The translations under genes and the position numbers were made by a program. Of a stretch of 64,000 nucleotides of DNA, positions 57,501-64,000 are shown in pieces. The stretch is from Camelus ferus. Lineage: Eukaryota. The notes beneath the pieces were generated by a model. The model was not told where the DNA came from and searched no databases. It worked only from the letters and a program-made list of their open reading frames with translations. Where the stretch lies: assembly GCF_009834535.1 (NCBI RefSeq), contig NC_045704.1:18600001-18664000 (forward strand), given 5' to 3'. Within the stretch, counting starts at the first letter, position 1. The number at the start of each line of letters is the position of its first letter.

Positions 57501-60500
57501 CCTGCAGAGCGTTTCGCAGATTCCCGCCTTCCAGCACATCCTGAGTGGGGAGGACACAGCCCAGGTCACATGCCAGCCCTCACAGCTATGTATAATGACT
57601 ACAAAAGCAGGGTCAGACAGCCCTTGGAGAAAGCTGGCAGGACCCTGTGTTCCAGCACATAGAGAAGGCAGGTAAGGGCACTGTCAGAGCACACACATAT
57701 ACAGACACACATCTGTACACACACATTATCTCTTCTCCCCTTCATGGTGGAATCCCATGGAGCCCAGGAGAAGGCAGGCTAATGCTGGGGCCTCAAGGTC
57801 CCACCGAGGATGGAACCAGATTCAGATCCAGAGATATGGACCGAGACTGGGGCTGGGAGGAGAGGGTAAAAATCAGAAGGCAAGTGGGAAGGAAAGGGAA
57901 AAAGGAATGCAGATCAAGGCAGGTATGGAAGGAGAGTGAGTGGACGACAAAGAGAGGAAATGGAAAGATCATGCACATAGAGGAGACACTCTGTTCTACA
58001 AGAAAGAGCAGACAGAAATAGAAAAGTGCAATAGAAAAGAAGTGATTGAATCAACAGACAGATTCTGCAGATACACACCAGGAGAGACAGGGAGAAGAGC
58101 GCCTTATCTTAGCCACAGGCAAGTGAGCCCTGTGATCCGACTGACTTGCACTTGGTCCCCAGAGCCTGGCTCCCTAGGGCTGGGGAGGCCCTAAGGGGAG
58201 GCCACATGGGCAGCAAGACTGACCCAGAGCCTTCAGCCACTGGTACCGCTGAGCAGCCAGCTGGCCTTGGAGACGGGGATACCCGGTCCTCACCTTCTCT
58301 AGGGATTTGAGAACGCTCTGCCTCTCTCGCAACTTCTGGATACTCAGGGCTATCTTGTGGCGGGCACCTTTGGTGACATTCTGTGGTAGGAGCAGAAGGG
58401 GAGAGGGAGCTGGAAATGGGAGGTTGAGGTACTTGGGGTGCCCCAACAAGGCCCAAAGAGATGGAAAAGGTTTGTTTGGGCTGCAAGGGTAATGTCAAAA
58501 TGGTGCTGCCCCCAACCCTGCCCTAATGGTCCCCTTAGCGTCACCTGAGACTCCAAGTGCTGCTCAGTCAGTGTCATCATCTCCTCGTAGCTCATCTGTG
58601 AGAAGAGGGCCGCATACTTGTGCAAGCGGAGGCTCTTGAGCCATGAGGGCACATCTGCAGAAAGGGAGGGAGGGCAGAAGGTCAGGAGTCTGGTCCTGGT
58701 GACAGCTGTGGGGAAAGACCAGGCATAAGCCACAGACAGCCTTAAAAGCTGAAGTAAATTGGAAGAGGGTATGGAAAAGCCAAGTGTCCATAAGCTGCTA
58801 ATTCTTCTGCCCAGTCAGACCCTTCCAGGTGGCCTTCCCTGACCAGGACACCCGACCCTTCTGAGCTGCTCAGCTGGATATGTACTAAGATGACCTCTGA
58901 TGTTTTTACAAGTATTCCTGGAAACTCTGTTCCATCAGTTACCTCTGTGTCCTGGCTTTCTTCTCAGACTGGGGTGTCTGAGGGCAGGGGCTTCTCTCCG
59001 ATCAGACTGGGGCTTGTGAGGGTCTCTCTGCTCAGGCTTGAGCCCTAAGTGCAGGGACTGTCTAATCGCCTTCTCTGGGGGGGAGGGGAAGAATTGAGTG
59101 GGGGAGGGACAGGAAGGCAGGGTGGCAGCTCAAGGTCCCTTTAAATTCTGCAGAAGCCTCTGGAGGAGGGTCCTAGTGCTACCCTCCCCCACTGTACCTT
59201 TCATGCCACTGCCGTCCTCCTGGAAAGTGTTCCGGCTGGAGCCCTGCTCCTCCGTCTGCTCACTGCCAGAGGAGGCCACGCTGCTCTGGGGCGAGAGGGG
59301 TGCGTGGTCTGGTGTAGTGAAAGCAGCCCGGGCCCCAAGCTCCTCTGGACTTGGCCACTCACCAGGGGCCTGGGGGCTTGTGGGGATGAGTGACATGGAG
59401 CGCTTCAGCGGGCTGGGGTGGATTTGGCAGGGGAGACCTGGCCAGAGGTGGAGAGAGAGGCAAGAGGTCAGGCTTGGGGATCTGATCACAGGAGACCATG
59501 CCCCCACCCCCTCTCCCCGGGCAGTGTTATGGATGGCAGCTCAGCTGTAGAATCCAACAAGGGGAAAGGACCCTGGGGTCTGAGGGGAATTGCCCACCAG
59601 GTACTGATGGTTCCCTCATTTCCCCACACCCAACTGGTCAGCCAGCTGTCAGCCACTCCTCTGAACTCTCCATTTTCTCTGCTAGCACGCTGGACCAAGT
59701 CACTGGTATCCCTAGTAGGAGTTACTGCCACAGCCTCCTCATCGGTTTCTTGCCTTTGTTCTTGCCCCATATAGTCTATTCACCTCACAGCAGCCACATG
59801 GATCCTTCTTAAAATGCAAATCTGACCCAGTCAGTCCCTGATTAGATCCTACCTATAGCTTCCCTTCACACTGAGAATGAAATTCAAACTTTTCCACACA
59901 CAGGTCCCTGTAGGCCCTGGGCCCTGCTTATCTCTGGCTTCTCACTGACCTCTCATCTCCCGTAGCTTACCCTTTTGGTTCAAGCCTTTCTAGCCTTTGC
60001 CCACCCCCACCCCCAATTTGTTCCTGAACACTCAATCTTGTTCCAGCCTCAGGACTTCTGCACTTGCTCCTCCTTCTTATCCTCCTGATCTTAGCAGTTG
60101 GCTCCTCCAGGTCTCATCTCAGGCAAGTATCACCTCTTCTGAGGCCTTCCCTGAACCCTCAATAGTAAGCAGCTGCCCCCCAACCAACCCTGGTTACTCT
60201 ATCACATTACTGTGTCTTACCTTTCTTACAGCACCTATCACAACTTCAAGTGACCTTATCAATTATCTGTTCACTTGTTTATTAACTGTACGTTCCTACA
60301 AGATCTGTGACAGCAGGGACCTGTCCTGTCTTAAACATCATTGTGTCCTTAGTCACCACAGTGGAGCCTTGATGACAAGAGGTTCTTCATAACTACTTGT
60401 AAAGCAATGAATGAAGGACATAAAGTGCTTCCTCAACACCTCTGTTATTGGGCTCTATCACCTCCAAATGACTTTTTTCTGTACTGAGCCCGAATCAGGG

Positions 60501-63500
60501 TGAATCCAGGCCCTCTTCCGCAGGATGTTTCACATCCTCCATCCATCCCATTCTGGAGACAGGAAAGGGGATCCAAATTGATTTTTAACCATTCTCAGGA
60601 CAGGGCAGGTTCCCAGGAACTTCTAGACCTTTACATGTGCTACTCCCTCTCCTGAGCACACCATTCTTCCACCCTTATCTGCCAGCCATGCTCGCCTTCC
60701 TCCTGGCTCAAGTATGTCCTCTTCTGTGACTCCTTCCTCTGTGTTCCCTGGGCCCGTGTGCTGCTACCTCAAGCCCAGCACTTACTACCCCGTTCACTAG
60801 CCTGCTTCACTAGACTCTGGGCTTGTGTAGGATGGCAGCAAGCCTACTCAATCATTTCTGCATCCCCTGACCAGGGCATGATACACAGGAGTGCCCAAAG
60901 TTTCACGGAGTCCAAAAGGAGGGGACCCACCATCCTAAGGGTGCCTCTGAGCTTGACATAGGAAATCTAGAAGTATCTCAAGTCAAAGAAAGAAAAAGAA
61001 ATAAGCCAAAGAAACCTCACCTTGAGTAGGTGAGAACACCGAGGCCCAGGGAACAGAAGTCCTTTGCCCCAGTTCCCATAGAGTTTGGAGGTAGAGACAG
61101 AAGAACCCCCACCTTGTTTCTGATGGAAAGGCTGGGATTCCTGCCAGTGCTACACTGATACTCAACCCTGGAAGGACGACCAGCCTGGGTATAGGCCCCA
61201 AAGCATCTTCCCTTATCTGTGACAGTACCTATGCTCCTAGCCAGGAAGTCACCTGAGGGACAAGGTAGTGCACTGACCTACCCACTAAGGACACCCTCCA
61301 CCCCTATCTGTGACCTCTAGGGTTCTTCTGCATGGGGCTCCTCCCAAGGCTCTGGACTCCCAGAAGAAGATGGCACCTTCTGAGTCCTGAGGGAGTGGGG
61401 AACCCTCAACACAGGCCTTTTTTGGCCTGTCTTGGTGCCCCTGGCCTCCTCCTTCCTCCCTTTTCAGTCAAGGGGGCAGGCAAGGCTGAGAGGGCAGGAA
61501 GTTATCCTGATTGGAATGACTGTGCAGTTCCTGAGGAGCCCTGCTTGACCCTGCACTGGGGTAGAGGTTGGCCACTGCATGAGAACTATAAAAACAGGAA
61601 TGCTGGTCAGAGATCCAGGGCCTCACACTCTCCAAGAAACCCTGGTCTGTCCTTGGCAGCACCCCAAACCCACCCTGCCTGCCCTTACAGGCCAATCCTT
61701 GCTCCCCACTCAAAAATATTTTAATGGCTTCCTGTTTCCTGCAACTGCTTAAAATTGAAATTGGAAAGCTTCATCCCAGCCTTCAAGGCCCCCAGAATGT
61801 GGCCCTAACATACTGAGATCTGAGAATCAAGCAGACCTGAGTTCAAATTCTGGCTCTGCCATCTATTAACTTCATGATCCTGGGCAAGTCACTTCATTTT
61901 CTCCCTCTGCCTCCATTTCCACATGTAGTCCTTGGCACAGGGGCAGGCACATGGTAAACATGAATATTTGCTACTGCTATTACTCATTTGAATCCCTGCA
62001 CCTCTTTATCCCAGCCAGACTTGTCTGCATACTGTCCCCTCCTATTTGCCACCCCTATGCCTTCAATTCATGCTATGTCCTCTACCTGGAATGCCCAACT
62101 CCCTTCTCTCTTCTGGTTCAAATCCCCTATCCGACATTATTCCAGCGTGGTCTTTTAAAAGCTACTGTCCCCATCATGGAAGGGAAGAAATGAATGGGCA
62201 CCCTGCATGGATGACCCGTCCTCTTGATGAGGTCTGAGCATCTTCAGGAAGGTGACTTTTAGATGGAGGCAGTGTAGCAGAGTAGTAAAGAATATGAGCT
62301 GTGGATCCAGACTGCCTGGATTTAAATTCTGGCTACACCACCATGGGCAAGTGACTTTTCTGTGACTCAACCAATGAATTTACAGGTATAAACCTCTCGG
62401 AACAGCTACTGGCAAAGATTAAACACTGAATATATTTTAGTTAGAATTATCATTATTAATACATCCTCCCAACCTGGACTCAGGAACTGTCATGCTCCAA
62501 GACTGGAAAACAAGGTCCAAGACACTTTGGGTTGGAACTAAAAGTTCCTGGAAATGCCCCTCTATTCCACTATCTTCCCTGATTCTTGCCAGCATCCGTG
62601 AGGGAGGCAGGTGACCAGGACATCCATATTCAACTGGGGAAAAAATGAAGCTCAGGGGTAACTGATGTGTACCTGGTGCAACACAGCTAGGTACCAAAGA
62701 CCCAGGGATCACACCAACCACTGGCACAGATGACATTTCACAGCCACCCTCTCCCTCTCCTGGCCTGCTTTAACCAGTACCTGCTGAAGGGGGCTGGCTA
62801 CCCTGAGGTTAAATCTTGGAAACCCCTTGCCTTGAATAAGTCATGTCACCTTACTAAGCCTTGGAAATGCCACTCTCCCTTATCCTGTTCACTTCAACAA
62901 CTCACTGCAATACCAGCTCCTCCTGCTCACCCCAGTCTTTGGGGGTGCTTACTAAGCCCTTTTGAGACCACTTAGTTAGGACGATAGCATACTGGACAGA
63001 GGCAAACGCTGGCATCAGATTGCCTGGGTCCAAACCTTGGCCAGTTCCACCACTTGTTCTGTGACCTTGAATACATGACTTCACCTCTTTGAGTCTCGGT
63101 GCTCTCATCTGTAGAATGGGACTAATGATATGGCTGTGATGAGGATTAAATGAGATCATGTCTGGAAAGTGCTTATAAAAGAGTACCCAACACAGTCAGT
63201 GCTCAACAATGTTACCTACTATTATTAATGCCTTGTAGCATGCGTTACATCTTTATATGAACAGGCTTACAAATATACATTTCTCAGAAATGAGGCTGTA
63301 AGCTGGGGCCAGTTACAAAAATCTGGAATGTCTGAGCTGGAAGGGACCTCAAATTATGGTGATCAACTCAAAGCCTTCAGAGGCCAGGCAGGTATTACAC
63401 ATGCCCAGAGTGTGGTGGTAGGGGCAGAAGCTGACTGGGACACATGTGCAGGGTCTAAAGGTAGTGACCAATATTCAACTCCATCTTATCATTGTCACCA

Positions 63501-64000
63501 GGAACACAGGCCTTGAGTTGTCAGATCTTTTGAATTTTCAAGAGAAGCTGAAATCTGGATTTTTAGGGGAAAATTCCCAACTCCTTATATTGGCAAATTT
63601 ATTGAAAAGCGCAACAAAATGAAACCAAAGTTTTGTTGAGTTTGAGCTCAATAAAACATATCTGCAGATCAGAAATAACTCTGGGAATGCCACTTCACAA
63701 CCTCTGCACTGCCTCACAAAACTGAGGCCCAGAGAGGTTATGTGACTTGCTCAGGGCCACAGAGCGAGTAAACAGAGAACCCAGTCTGACCCTTTTCAAG
63801 TAAGCACGGCCTCCCAGGACTCCCACCTCCTNNNNNNNNNNNNNNNNNNNNNNNNNNNNNNNNNNNNNNNNNNNNNNNNNNNNNNNNNNNNNNNNNNNNN
63901 NNNNNNNNNNNNNNNNNNNNNNNNNNNNNNNNNNNNNNNNNNNNNNNNNNNNNNNNNNNNNNNCTGCAGGGCCTCCCCACTCATCTGAGCCCTGGCGCGA
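54577..64000 (-). CDS. SAMD4B: Smaug homolog 2 (SAM-domain RNA-binding protein), partial. Visible coding exons: 64000-63964 (part, continuing into an N-run), 59437-59198, 58654-58545, 58380-58294, 57540-57198, 56451-56366, 55862-55744, 55090-54892, 54700-54577. The last two coding exons are not visible
   Basis: [12 protein letters not shown]...|[17 protein letters not shown]...|[37 protein letters not shown]|[20 protein letters not shown] (SAM domain)...[30 protein letters not shown]; boundaries and phases are consistent. Confidence 0.96.
62970..63230. mobile_element. MIR SINE
   Basis: tgtgaccttgaatacatgacttcacctctttgagtctcggtgctctcatctgtagaatggg...gaggattaaatgagat MIR core. Confidence 0.75.

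Overview
Mammalian genomic DNA, syntenic with human 19q13.2. It is probably camelid, inferred from four short tRNA-derived SINE copies. Gene order: SUPT5H 5' part (-), IL15L (-), RPS16 (+), PLEKHG2 (-), intron-containing tRNA-Ile(TAT) (+), ZFP36/TTP (-), MED29 (-), PAF1 (+), SAMD4B 3' part (-). Exon chains were built by hand from GT-AG boundaries and give intact ORFs for RPS16 (146 aa), PLEKHG2 (1386 aa), ZFP36 (323 aa), MED29 (200 aa) and PAF1 (532 aa). The main result is a gene the ORF track shows only in fragments: an intact three-coding-exon, 136-aa secreted four-helix cytokine of the IL-2/IL-15 family (interleukin-15-like, IL15L) between SUPT5H and RPS16. As I recall, it is a pseudogene in human and mouse. 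It has a 5' exon whose AUG opens an overlapping 86-codon out-of-frame uORF, and it appears to be transcribed divergently from the RPS16 promoter. Other observations: a 3'-truncated U2 retrocopy, an exact 32-bp templated duplication inside an old L2, MSR1-like 37-bp minisatellites, a tDNA plus CTCF pair, several transcription-factor motif clusters, and N-runs sitting where expected SUPT5H and SAMD4B exons are missing. Orthologue comparisons are from memory and need checking.
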